Positions 26,924 to 35,961 of a DNA stretch of 64,000 nucleotides are shown one piece after another. The stretch's first letter is position 1. Every line of letters starts with the position of its first letter. A program made the translations under genes and the position numbers. Source of the stretch: Candidatus Dormiibacterota bacterium (GTDB lineage: Bacteria; Chloroflexota; Dormibacteria; Aeolococcales; Bog-877); NCBI GenBank assembly GCA_027339635.1, contig DAHWNZ010000002.1:24874-88873 (forward strand). The letters run 5' to 3'. Under the pieces are notes generated by a model, which worked only from the letters and a program-made list of their open reading frames with translations, was not told where the DNA came from and did no database searches.

Positions 26924-27661
26924 TTGAGTCAGCTCCCGGCCCCGTATCGGGCCCACCCGCTACCCGTCGCTCCGCGATTTCTGGCCGCCTTCCTCGATTT
27001 CCTGATCCTTCTCGTGCCGGAGATCATCGCCTACGTCCTGATCGCCGGGCCCACCGTGTCGCGGGCCGACAACTACCTGACCCAGCACCCCAAGCAGGGC
27101 GTGTCGGCCGCTCTCTCCCACACCCCCGGCTACGCCGCCGCCAACCTTCACTTCTTCATCGTGATCGAAGCTGTCACCGCCCTTTACCTCATCGGGACCT
27201 ACCTCGCCTTCTCGGCCACGGTAGGCAAGCTGGTGGTCGGCCTGCGAATCACCAGGGTGGACGGCGGACCCCTGCTGGTAAGGGACGTGGTCTTGAGATC
27301 GCTGCCCTTCTGGGTTCCCTGGTTGATCCCCGGCGTGGGACTCTACCTGAACTTCTTCCAGTTCGTGGGAGGCAGCATCCTGCTGGCGTTCAGACCTGAC
27401 CATCGCGGCCCCGAAGACCTTCTGGGCAACTCCATAGTGGTCTGGCGCGAGGATCAAGGGCGGTCTCTTGGGGATATAGTCGCGATCGGGCCGCCGCGGC
27501 AGCCCCCGGCCACCCCTCCGGACCCGACTCCGAGGGGCGGGGGGCACCTTCCGGGATGGGAGCCGGCTCCCCAACCGCCGCTGGTGGACACCCCGCCGTC
27601 GGAGGCGCGCACCGACCCAGCTCGCGCCGAGTCACCTGAGGACCGGGAGGAACGACCGTGA
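26924..27661 (+). CDS. RDD-family membrane protein
   Basis: RFLAAFLD, TVGKLVVGLRI..VDG, RG..D; Pro-rich tail. Confidence 0.85.
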   Translation: MSQLPAPYRAHPLPVAPRFLAAFLDFLILLVPEIIAYVLIAGPTVSRADNYLTQHPKQGVSAALSHTPGYAAANLHFFIVIEAVTALYLIGTYLAFSATVGKLVVGLRITRVDGGPLLVRDVVLRSLPFWVPWLIPGVGLYLNFFQFVGGSILLAFRPDHRGPEDLLGNSIVVWREDQGRSLGDIVAIGPPRQPPATPPDPTPRGGGHLPGWEPAPQPPLVDTPPSEARTDPARAESPEDREERP

Positions 27662-28296
27662 CGCTCATCGAATCGATGGAGCTGGATGCCCCGAGCCATG
27701 AGGTTTGGGGGCTGCTGGTGGAGAGGGGAGCCGTGCTTCGACTGCTCCCTGGGCTGACCCCGTCCGGCAGCGGCCGGGGAACTCTCCGCATCACCCTTGA
27801 CGGACACTCTGTCACCTACCGCGGATACGCTCGACAGCACCTGGACGACCCCGACCACCGGGTGACCTGGACTCTGAGTGGGCGCGAGGTGCGCGGCACG
27901 GGCAGGGCCCACGTGGAGGTGCGCGCCCGTTTCAAGCCGGTAGGGGACGACCGCTGCGACCTCCGGCTCACGGTACTGGTCGACGGACGGGGCCGCCTCA
28001 ACGAGGTCAGCCAGGAGGCGCGCGACCGAGCGGTGCGCGCAGCCATCTCCCGCTTCCGGAGGTCGCTGGAGCAGGAGCTCTCAGAGTTCGGCCCGGCAGC
28101 GCTTCCCGTGGAGGAACCGCAGACGGCTGCTGATGCCCCCGCCACGGACCCGACGGTTCCCGAGCTGGAGATCGTACCGCCGGTTCCGGAGCAGCGCCAC
28201 CTGGCCCGCAACTCCATGGTCTATGCCCTCGGCGGCCTCATCCTGGGAACCATCGCCGCTTCCCTGTGGCGGTGGTTGGGCAGCCGGCGCCGCTAG
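27658..28296 (+). CDS. SRPBCC/CoxG-like protein with C-terminal TM anchor
   Basis: APSHEVW..L......LLPG, SGRE.RG.G.A pattern; Pro/Glu linker and terminal TM. Confidence 0.75.
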   Translation: MTLIESMELDAPSHEVWGLLVERGAVLRLLPGLTPSGSGRGTLRITLDGHSVTYRGYARQHLDDPDHRVTWTLSGREVRGTGRAHVEVRARFKPVGDDRCDLRLTVLVDGRGRLNEVSQEARDRAVRAAISRFRRSLEQELSEFGPAALPVEEPQTAADAPATDPTVPELEIVPPVPEQRHLARNSMVYALGGLILGTIAASLWRWLGSRRR

Positions 28297-28388
28297 CGGC
28301 GGCTAGGGCCGAGGGCGAGAGGCAGGGGGACGACCAGGCGATCCTGAAGTGACCAGCGGTTATCGCCGAGGGGCACGCCGGCTCGCGA

Positions 28389-28963
28389 TCAGGGGAGCAC
28401 CAGCAACGCCACCAGGACCAGCCAGACCGTCATGGAGCCGTAGAAGATCCTCTCGACCAGCCCATAGTGGCTAGACCGCGAGCGCCGCTCCACGGCCATC
28501 AGGATGAAGCAGAGGAGCATCCCCGCGGCGAGTACCCCGCTGCCCAGGCCGATGCCGGGGTACAGCCCATCCTTGGACAGCACCGTTGGCAGCCGCAACG
28601 CTGCCAGCCCGACCGATCCGAACGCGATGGCCGCCAGCACTCCATGCGCGACTCCGGTCACCGTCGGGGTGGTGCCGGGCGTGTCCATGGGAAACCAGCT
28701 GATAGCCAGGCGGGAGGCCGCGAACAGGAGCAGCAGTCCGACGACTAGGCTGGAGCCGGGGATCGCCGCCATGCCAATGGCGGCGCCGACACCAGCCAGC
28801 GCATAGGCGATGGTCTGGACCCGGTAGCCCGCGCGATACGGGGGATGCCGTACTGGCTGACCGGGTTGCGCACCGGCGACAGCCCGGTCGGGAGCAGGTG
28901 CAGCGCCAGCAGCGCTAGCGCGCCGGCTCCGACCCCTAGCCCGATCAGGATGACGCTGATCAC
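28389..28963 (-). pseudogene. DUF998-like membrane protein split by a -1 frameshift (pseudogene or read error)
   Basis: LHLLPTGLSPVRNPVSQYGI in one frame continues as PYRAGYRVQTIAY...FPMD...H...GLVERIFY in the next; junction at G5 run 28840-28844. Confidence 0.75.
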
Positions 28964-29025
28964 GGGCGGACCGGACGGCGGCCTGGAGCGCCTGACGCCG
29001 ACCACGACGGCTTGCGCTCGGAATT

Positions 29026-29044
29026 TAGGCAACCAGGTTGCATA
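29026..29044. promoter_or_regulatory. Palindromic operator, probable MarR site
   Basis: TAGGCAACC-A-GGTTGCATA (one mismatch) between divergent marR and DUF998-like genes. Confidence 0.6.
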
Positions 29045-29062
29045 TCGGTATCATAGAAGGCC

Positions 29063-29560
29063 ATGGCGGTGATGGCAACTCCCTACCGGTTTGGCGACCT
29101 GCTCGCGCTGGCGCGCAGGAGCTGGACTCTTTCGATGGCAGAGGAATTGGCGCGGCGGGGGTTCTCGGACTACCGGGTCACAGACGCCGCCAGCATGCGT
29201 CTGCTGCTGACCGGACCCCTCTCGATCGGGCGCCTGGCCCGAGCCATCGGCGTGAGCCGCCAGGCCGCCAGCAAGATCGTCCGCGGCCTGACCGCGCGCG
29301 ACCTGGCGGAGACTCGGCCCAGCCCGCTTGACGCCAGGGCGACGCAGATCACGCTGACCGAGACCGGATGGGCCTATGCCAACGCCGTGGTGGAGGTCAT
29401 CGACAAGCTCAATCACAGCCTTGCCAGTCAGGTTGGTGAAGCTGACCTGGCCGCGGCGGACAGAGTCCTGCGCCTGGTGCTGGCCGGCGGTGTGCTTGAA
29501 CCAGCCGCATCCCGGCTGCCGACTCCCGGACTTGGCCGGTCGCCGAGTCGGATGGGGTAG
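29063..29560 (+). CDS. MarR-family transcriptional regulator
   Basis: LARAIGVSRQAASKIV..L, SPLDARA..ITLT..G. Confidence 0.92.
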   Translation: MAVMATPYRFGDLLALARRSWTLSMAEELARRGFSDYRVTDAASMRLLLTGPLSIGRLARAIGVSRQAASKIVRGLTARDLAETRPSPLDARATQITLTETGWAYANAVVEVIDKLNHSLASQVGEADLAAADRVLRLVLAGGVLEPAASRLPTPGLGRSPSRMG

Positions 29561-29587
29561 CGGACGCCCCTCCCGGCCCTCCTTGGA

Positions 29588-30457
29588 TCAGTCTCTGGGC
29601 GCTGCCCCCCTGCGGTGGCGGCGGCGTGGCTGCCCCGCCCCTTCGTCGGCCGCCCTGGGCTCCTGCATCAGGTCGGCCGCCGGGATCGCCATCACGGTGC
29701 CGCTCTCGGTCATGGTGACCAACACTTGCTCCCGGACCAGGCTGATCTCCGTGATGACGGCCGCCCCGTCCGCAAGTTGAAGCTGGGCCCCAGCCTTGGG
29801 CAGACGCCTCTTGAGGTCCACGTACTGCTCGTTCTCATACTGTAGGCAGCACTTCAACTTGCCACACATGCCGTTCAGCCTGGTGGGGTTGAGGGGGAGT
29901 CCCTGCTCCTTGGCCATCTTGATCGTCACCGGAACGAATTCCTTGAGCCAGGAGGAACAGCAAAGGCGGTTCCCGCAGGGCCCGTACCCGTCCTGGATGC
30001 GAGCTTCGTCGCGGCTGCCGATCTGGCGGAGCTCGACTCGGCAGCGCAGCCTGGTCGCCAGCTCCTTGGCCAGATCCTGGTACTGCGTCTGCCGCTCCGC
30101 CGTCAGGTCGAAGAGGATCCTGGCACCGTCGAAGCTGATCTCCGCCCTGGCGATCTTGACCGGAAGGTGGCGCTCCTCCACCAGCTCCCGGGCCAGGCGC
30201 ATCGCCTCGGGTAGGCGGCTGTCCAGGGACGCCCGCTGCAGCAGGTCCTCAGGAGTCGCCTCCCGCAGGAGGGGGGGCAACGGGTTCGGCAGCATGGAGG
30301 GATCGAGGTCAGCCGCCGCCATCACCACCTCGCCTATCTCCAACCCCCTGGCCACCTCGGCCACCACCTTGGTCCCCGGCGGCGGATCCCCGTCACCGGG
30401 GCTGTAGTAGTTGAGCGGCCCGTGGCGCCGGAACTTCACTCCCACCGTCATCGTCAT
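29588..30457 (-). CDS. ricT: PSP1-domain RicT/YaaT protein
   Basis: VELRQIG.RDEA, GPCG..LCC, MAKEQ.L.LNP.RL.G.CGKLKCCL.YE; follows holB. Confidence 0.92.
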   Translation of the reverse strand: MTMTVGVKFRRHGPLNYYSPGDGDPPPGTKVVAEVARGLEIGEVVMAAADLDPSMLPNPLPPLLREATPEDLLQRASLDSRLPEAMRLARELVEERHLPVKIARAEISFDGARILFDLTAERQTQYQDLAKELATRLRCRVELRQIGSRDEARIQDGYGPCGNRLCCSSWLKEFVPVTIKMAKEQGLPLNPTRLNGMCGKLKCCLQYENEQYVDLKRRLPKAGAQLQLADGAAVITEISLVREQVLVTMTESGTVMAIPAADLMQEPRAADEGAGQPRRRHRRGAAPRD

Positions 30458-30466
30458 AACTGCACC

Positions 30467-31534
30467 TCAGCGCATATCCGAACGGTCGGCCCGTGGTTCT
30501 CCGCCGCCCGCGAGACGCCTCGGGGCCTGGGGCCCCAAGAAGGCAAGCAGCAGAAACCTGTCCAGGACCAGCCTCGGGTTGGCACCCTCGTCCAACCTGG
30601 ACAGCGAGTCCAGAGCAAGATCGTAGCGCCTCAGGCACTCCGCGAGCCCGAGCTCGGCCGCCAGCGCCCGGCTCTGGTCACTCCAGATGGGGAGTCCCGG
30701 CCTGGCACCGACTCCTGCCGCCAGCCGGCAGCACTCCCTCAGGAAGACCACCCAGTTGCGGACCGTGAGGATGACCTGATCTCGGCTGCGCCCGCGCTCA
30801 GCCACTTCCTGGCTCACCTGGAGGAGGCCGCCCGGTCCTCGCTCGGAGCAGCCCACCAGGGCTGCGACGGCGGCGCGGTTGCGCTCTTCAAGCTCCGGGT
30901 CCGCGATCAGCTCCAGAGCCAGCCCCGGCGCGCCCTGCGAGAGGGACGCGGCCACCTCCGCGGCGCTGGTCGAACAGCCCGACCGGCCCACCAGCCAAGC
31001 GGCGATGGTGGGCTGATCCACAGGACCCAGGAGGATCTGGGTGCACCGGCTGCGCAGCGTGCTCGGGAGCCGCTCCGACTGCGGGCGGGATGTGGTTAGG
31101 CAGATGACCGATCCCGGAGGTGGCTCCTCCAGAATGCGCAGCAGGCTGTTGGCCGCCTCCAGGGTCAGGCGCTCGGCGTTCGCGATGACCGCCACCTTGG
31201 GCCCCCCGGCATACGAGGTCAGACTCAGGAAGTGCTGCAGGGTAGGACCCTCGCCCGGGTCGCCGTCCCGGTCCGTTATGCGCTCGATCTTCAAGTTGCC
31301 AGAGGCGTCGTCGAACCACAGGTCGGGGTGGTCCAGCAACCCATTGGGCCAGCCGCCGGCCGCGAGCAGTTCCCAGGCCAGCGCGAGCGCCACCGTCGTC
31401 TTGCCTATCCGGGCGGGGCCTGAGATCCAGTAGGCGTGGGATACCGAACCCGCGGCGACCTCCCGCCGCAGGTGCATGATTTGCTCTGAGTGCCCGACCA
31501 CAGACCCCAGGGACAGCTCGACCTCGTCGATCAC
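30467..31534 (-). CDS. holB: DNA polymerase III delta' subunit
   Basis: HAY.ISGP..IGK, HPD, AERLT.EAANSLL.ILEEPP, TLRSRC. Confidence 0.9.
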   Translation of the reverse strand: MIDEVELSLGSVVGHSEQIMHLRREVAAGSVSHAYWISGPARIGKTTVALALAWELLAAGGWPNGLLDHPDLWFDDASGNLKIERITDRDGDPGEGPTLQHFLSLTSYAGGPKVAVIANAERLTLEAANSLLRILEEPPPGSVICLTTSRPQSERLPSTLRSRCTQILLGPVDQPTIAAWLVGRSGCSTSAAEVAASLSQGAPGLALELIADPELEERNRAAVAALVGCSERGPGGLLQVSQEVAERGRSRDQVILTVRNWVVFLRECCRLAAGVGARPGLPIWSDQSRALAAELGLAECLRRYDLALDSLSRLDEGANPRLVLDRFLLLAFLGPQAPRRLAGGGEPRADRSDMR

Positions 31535-32670
31535 TACGGCCAGTACGATCCCGAGTGCCGTGGCTCGGGTAACGAAGCCTGCAGGATGGCTCCGGTCTCA
31601 AGCACCGCCGCGCTCACCTCGGCGGGGCTTCCCCCGCTGAGGTTGACGTGTCCCAGCTTGCGCAGCGCCCTGGGCTGCTTTCCGTACAGGTGTACCCTGG
31701 CCAGGGGCACCCCTAGGAGCCGCTCCCGTTCGGGTGCTGCCGAGAGCACGTTCACCATCGCATGTGGCCTCACGGTGCCGGTGGCACCGAGGGGCCACCC
31801 CAACCCTGCCCGAAGATGGTTTTGGAACTGTGAGACCACGTCGCCGTCCAGCGTCCAGTGACCCGAGTTGTGGACCCTGGGAGCCATCTCATTGGCCACG
31901 AGACGATCTCCCACCTGGAACAGCTCGACCGCCAGCACCCCGCAGTATTCCAGCTCGTCCATCACCGCCAAGGACAGCTGCTCCGCCTCGGCCTGCAGCC
32001 TGGAGGTGAGCCCCGGAGCCGGTGCCAGAGAGAGGCGCAGAACGGAATCCTCATGATGATTCTCCGTCAGGGGATAGAAGGCGACGGCCCCCGTCCTTGA
32101 CCTGACCGAGATGATCGAGAGTTCACGCTCGAACGCGACCTCGCGCTCCAGGATGCTCGGCACCCCGCCGACAGCCGAGAATGCGCGCTCCATGTCCTGC
32201 CTGCTCGCCACCTGAGATTGGCCGTGGCCGTCGTACCCGAGTCGCCTCGACTTGAGACGCGCCGGGTGGCCGACCTTGGCCCAGGCGGCGTCGAAGTCCT
32301 CCGGTCCGTCGACACGGGCATGTTCCGCGGTCGGAATCCCGAGGTCGGCGAAGATCCGCTTCTCGAGGAGGCGATCCTGGGCCACCGCGAGGGCCGGCGG
32401 GCCGGGAAAGACCTCGGTGCTCGAGGCCAAGCGCGCGGCGGCTTCCTGCGGGACCGACTCGAACTCGAAGGTCACGAGGTCAGAGCAGGCCCCGAGCTCG
32501 GCCAACATCGCGGGATCGGTGTACGGGCCTATGAGGCGGCCGCCCACCTGACCGGCGCAAGAGTCGGGCGCCGGGTCCAAGAAGGTGAAGCTGAGCCCCA
32601 GGGGATATCCCTCAAGGGCCATCATCCGGCCCAGTTGACCGCCCCCCAGGCAGCCGATCCTTGACCCCAC
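31534..32670 (-). CDS. purK: N5-CAIR synthase
   Basis: GGGQLGRMMA, TFEFE, GYDG.GQ, NEMAPRVHNSGHW, RKLGH. Confidence 0.97.
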   Translation of the reverse strand: MGSRIGCLGGGQLGRMMALEGYPLGLSFTFLDPAPDSCAGQVGGRLIGPYTDPAMLAELGACSDLVTFEFESVPQEAAARLASSTEVFPGPPALAVAQDRLLEKRIFADLGIPTAEHARVDGPEDFDAAWAKVGHPARLKSRRLGYDGHGQSQVASRQDMERAFSAVGGVPSILEREVAFERELSIISVRSRTGAVAFYPLTENHHEDSVLRLSLAPAPGLTSRLQAEAEQLSLAVMDELEYCGVLAVELFQVGDRLVANEMAPRVHNSGHWTLDGDVVSQFQNHLRAGLGWPLGATGTVRPHAMVNVLSAAPERERLLGVPLARVHLYGKQPRALRKLGHVNLSGGSPAEVSAAVLETGAILQASLPEPRHSGSYWP

Positions 32671-32673
32671 CGT

Positions 32674-33195
32674 TCAGCTACCCCCTGTGGTGAGAGGGCC
32701 GGGAGGAGGGAGGGTCATCACGCTCTCCGTCTGGGCCTTCCGCCAGGCCAGCAGCCGTCCTCGGAGCCCGCGGTCGGTGAGGCTCAGAATGGAGGCCGCC
32801 AACAGGGCGGCGTTGACCGCTCCCGCCCTGCCGATGGCCAGGGTGGCCACCGGCACACCGGCGGGCATCTGCACGATCGACAGCAGCGAGTCCACGCCGC
32901 GCAGGGAATGCGACTCGATGGGCACGCCCAGCACCGGCAGATGAGTCTTGGCCGCCATCATCCCGGGCAGATGGGCCGCTCCACCGGCCCCCGCGATGAT
33001 CACCCGCAGACCGCGGGCCTCGGCGCTCTCGGCCCACTGGAAGAGCAGGTCGGGGGTGCGGTGAGCCGAAACCACCCTGGTCTCATAAACGACGCCCAGG
33101 TCCTGCAATCGCTCGGCGCAGGCTGCCATCGTCTCCCAATCCGAACTTGAGCCCATGACCACCCCAACGGCCGCTGCGCCCGCTCCAATTTCCAC
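32674..33195 (-). CDS. purE: N5-CAIR mutase
   Basis: [34 protein letters not shown]; AGGAG before GTG 33195. Confidence 0.97.
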   Translation of the reverse strand: MEIGAGAAAVGVVMGSSSDWETMAACAERLQDLGVVYETRVVSAHRTPDLLFQWAESAEARGLRVIIAGAGGAAHLPGMMAAKTHLPVLGVPIESHSLRGVDSLLSIVQMPAGVPVATLAIGRAGAVNAALLAASILSLTDRGLRGRLLAWRKAQTESVMTLPPPGPLTTGGS

Positions 33196-33251
33196 CCGGC
33201 TACTCCTTCTGAACTCGTGAAGCCCAGGCCAAAGCAATCAAGGGCTGGCGT

Positions 33252-34070
33252 TCAGCCGCCTGTCACCCGCTCGCTGGGCTCGGTGCGAGCCGTCCCGTCG
33301 GAGGCCAGCTCCTGCCCCGTCAGCGCCTGGATCGAGGCCATGATCCCCTCTGTGGCGTTGCGAAGCCCTCCGGGCCCCGGGCCCGGCTTGGGGCGCCCGT
33401 CGGTGAACAGAGGAGCCCCGAAATGCACCACCACCTGCGCCTTCCTGGGCCAGTGGTAGCCGGCCGGGAGGGCCGCGAAGGTGCCCACCACCCCCACCGG
33501 AACCACCGGGACCCCGGCCGCCGCCGCCAGATGGGCGATTCCCCGCTTGCCCTTGTGGAGCCTGCCATCGGCGCTGCGGCCCCCCTCCGGGAAGACCACG
33601 AGGTTCCACCCCTCGGCCAAAAGCCGCCGGACCAGCTTGACGGACTGCCGGGGAGGGCGCTCCCTCTCCACGGCGATGGCCCCCACCGTGAGGGCCACCA
33701 GGGCACCCTTCCACGCTTCGTCAAAGAAGTAGTCGGCGGCCGCTGCCACCAGCGTCCTCCGCCTCAGCCTGGGAGGAAGGGCCAGCAGGATCGCGGGGGT
33801 GTCCAGGTGACTGGAATGGTTGGCGGCCAGCAGGAATGGTGGCTTGAGGCCCCGCAGGTTTTCCAAGCCGACCACCTTGGGGTTGCCGTAGTAGCGCAGG
33901 ACCGGCCCGATGACGAAGTTCAGCAAGGTGGAGCGCAGGGCACGCGCCGCGGGGCTTCGCGCCCAGGGCAGGTCGCGATCCCGGCGATATGCCTTGCGCC
34001 AGGGACTGGGCCTCCGGCCCTCCGGTTCATCTACCATCCGCACCTTCGTATGGAGGGGCCTCTCAGCCAA
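33252..34070 (-). CDS. Lysophospholipid acyltransferase (PlsC-like)
   Basis: NHSSHLD, FPEGGRS, VPVVP. Confidence 0.92.
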   Translation of the reverse strand: MAERPLHTKVRMVDEPEGRRPSPWRKAYRRDRDLPWARSPAARALRSTLLNFVIGPVLRYYGNPKVVGLENLRGLKPPFLLAANHSSHLDTPAILLALPPRLRRRTLVAAAADYFFDEAWKGALVALTVGAIAVERERPPRQSVKLVRRLLAEGWNLVVFPEGGRSADGRLHKGKRGIAHLAAAAGVPVVPVGVVGTFAALPAGYHWPRKAQVVVHFGAPLFTDGRPKPGPGPGGLRNATEGIMASIQALTGQELASDGTARTEPSERVTGG

Positions 34071-34127
34071 GTCACAGGGCCAAGCCTTCCTGCCGAGTAT
34101 AGGTCTGGGAACTTCCGGCTGTGGGAA

Positions 34128-35141
34128 TCAGCCGGCCCCCATCCCGATGCGCTGGCGGATCAGCCCCTGCTGCGAATACCAGGCGAGGGTGGATCGGATG
34201 AAATCCGCAACCGGCTGGTATTCGAAGCCAAGCTCCTGGGCCGCCCTGGATCCATCGTAGGCATGCCCGTGCAGGAGTGTGCGCACCATCTCCGAGCAGA
34301 TGGGAGGCCGGCGAGAGAAAGGTCGGTAGAGAGTGCCCGCCAGCCCGCCCGCGCCGAGCGCCACGAAGGCGGGGACCAGCCGCACCGGATAGCGATGACC
34401 CGTCACCTCCGCCACAGCCTCCATCAGCTCTCCTATCTCCATGGTGAAGCCGCTCACCAGGTAGCGCCGCCCGGGCACGCCCACCGTCGCGGCCAGCAGG
34501 TGGGCCGTGGTGCAGTCGGCCACCCCGACGAGACTCACCCTGGTGTCGACCATCCAGCGGAGTCGCCCATCCGCGTAGCGGATGAGCCACCTGGCGGTCC
34601 CTCCGGTGCGCCCCTCCCCCTGCACCGAGGATGGGTTCACGCACACCAGCTCGACTCCCAGTTCCCCCGCCAGCACCTGGGCTTGCCGCTCGGCCAGGAA
34701 CTTGGATCGTTCGTAGTTGGACAAAAACCAGCCGCGGTGGGGGCTGTCCGCGGTCGCTACGGTGCCGTGGGCCTCTCCGATTGTGGCCGCCGAGGAAGTG
34801 TAGACGAGCCTCGAGACCCCGGCGGCCGCCGCCGCCGCGACCACGTTGCGAGTGCCCTGAACATTCACCTGGTACAGGGGTCCAGGGTCCCTGGGACACA
34901 TTGCGTTCAGGCCGGCGGCGTGGAATATGACAGAGCATCCACTGGCCGCCTGGCGAAGACTGGCTGGGTCCAGCAGGTCGACCGCGACCGGCTCGGCCCC
35001 GCTGCGGCGGAGTTGCTCGCCGGCAGGGCGGGACCTGACGCCCGCCCTGACCCGACGGCCGCTGCCCACCAGCGCTCGGGTCAGCGCGGATCCGATGAAG
35101 CCACTTGCCCCGAGCACCAGGACCGGGGGCCCCGAGCTCAC
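34128..35141 (-). CDS. NAD-dependent epimerase/dehydratase (HpnA/DFR-like extended SDR)
   Basis: GASGFIG, FHAAG, NVQGT, YERSK, VNPSSV.G; GTGA overlap with pgsA. Confidence 0.88.
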   Translation of the reverse strand: MSSGPPVLVLGASGFIGSALTRALVGSGRRVRAGVRSRPAGEQLRRSGAEPVAVDLLDPASLRQAASGCSVIFHAAGLNAMCPRDPGPLYQVNVQGTRNVVAAAAAAGVSRLVYTSSAATIGEAHGTVATADSPHRGWFLSNYERSKFLAERQAQVLAGELGVELVCVNPSSVQGEGRTGGTARWLIRYADGRLRWMVDTRVSLVGVADCTTAHLLAATVGVPGRRYLVSGFTMEIGELMEAVAEVTGHRYPVRLVPAFVALGAGGLAGTLYRPFSRRPPICSEMVRTLLHGHAYDGSRAAQELGFEYQPVADFIRSTLAWYSQQGLIRQRIGMGAG

Positions 35142-35782
35142 CGACGCTGATCCTCCGGCGGCCGCTGACGGACCGCAACCTGGGCAAACCGAATGAGGTA
35201 GTCGACCCCCGAGCCGAAGGTTATGAGAACAGCCAGCGCCATGACCCACTGGTCCAGCCCCAGCGGTCCCAGACCGGAGTCCAAATTGAGAATCGATACG
35301 AGTATCGCCAGGAACTGGATGGCCGCCTTGACCCGGCCCAGCTGGGAGGCCGTGATCAGAACTCCCTGCATCGCTGCGGACCCGCGAAGGCCCATGATCA
35401 CCATCTCGCGGCCGATGATCACCAGGGCTGCCCAGGAGCTGGTGCGAGAGATCGCGACCAGTCCGATCAGGGCCGCCGTCACCAGCACCTTGTCGGCTGT
35501 CGTGTCGAGAAAGCTCCCGGTCGCAGTGCTGACCCGCCAGTGGCGGGCCAGATACCCGTCCAGATAGTCGGTGAGAGCAGCTATCAGGAAGAGCAGCGCG
35601 GCCGGAAGATCGAGGTGAGCCAGAACCAGGGCCATCACAACCGGGGCCAGGACCAGCCGCAGGCCCGTGGCACCGGTCACCAGCCCCGTCTGCCACCCCC
35701 GCCCCCGCCGCTCCGAGGCGAGCGCTCCTGCCACCTGAGATGTCGCGGAGTCGACGTTCGGTACTCTCATTGGCACAGACAT
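35138..35782 (-). CDS. pgsA: CDP-alcohol phosphatidyltransferase (PGP synthase-like)
   Basis: TDYLDGYLAR....S..GSFLD..ADK, GRE, GRVKA. Confidence 0.88.
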   Translation of the reverse strand: MSVPMRVPNVDSATSQVAGALASERRGRGWQTGLVTGATGLRLVLAPVVMALVLAHLDLPAALLFLIAALTDYLDGYLARHWRVSTATGSFLDTTADKVLVTAALIGLVAISRTSSWAALVIIGREMVIMGLRGSAAMQGVLITASQLGRVKAAIQFLAILVSILNLDSGLGPLGLDQWVMALAVLITFGSGVDYLIRFAQVAVRQRPPEDQRR

Positions 35783-35927
35783 GGAGACGAGGGGCCTTCC
35801 CGCTCAGCGGCGGGCGACAAGTCCTGGGTCATGACTCGAAGCGAGGACCCACTGACCTTCCTTCCTCATCAATGAGCCGATCACACGCTCGGCCCGCCGT
35901 CCGGCAACGCACCGGCGCCACCACCCG

Positions 35928-35936
35928 ATCCTAGCA
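35928..35936 (-). promoter_or_regulatory. Extended -10 (TGcTAGGAT), putative internal promoter for the pgsA-epimerase-acyltransferase genes
   Basis: TGnTAGGAT on the minus strand in the ptsP-pgsA gap. Confidence 0.4.
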
Positions 35937-35961
35937 GTCACGGGGCCTGGCGGCCGCCACC

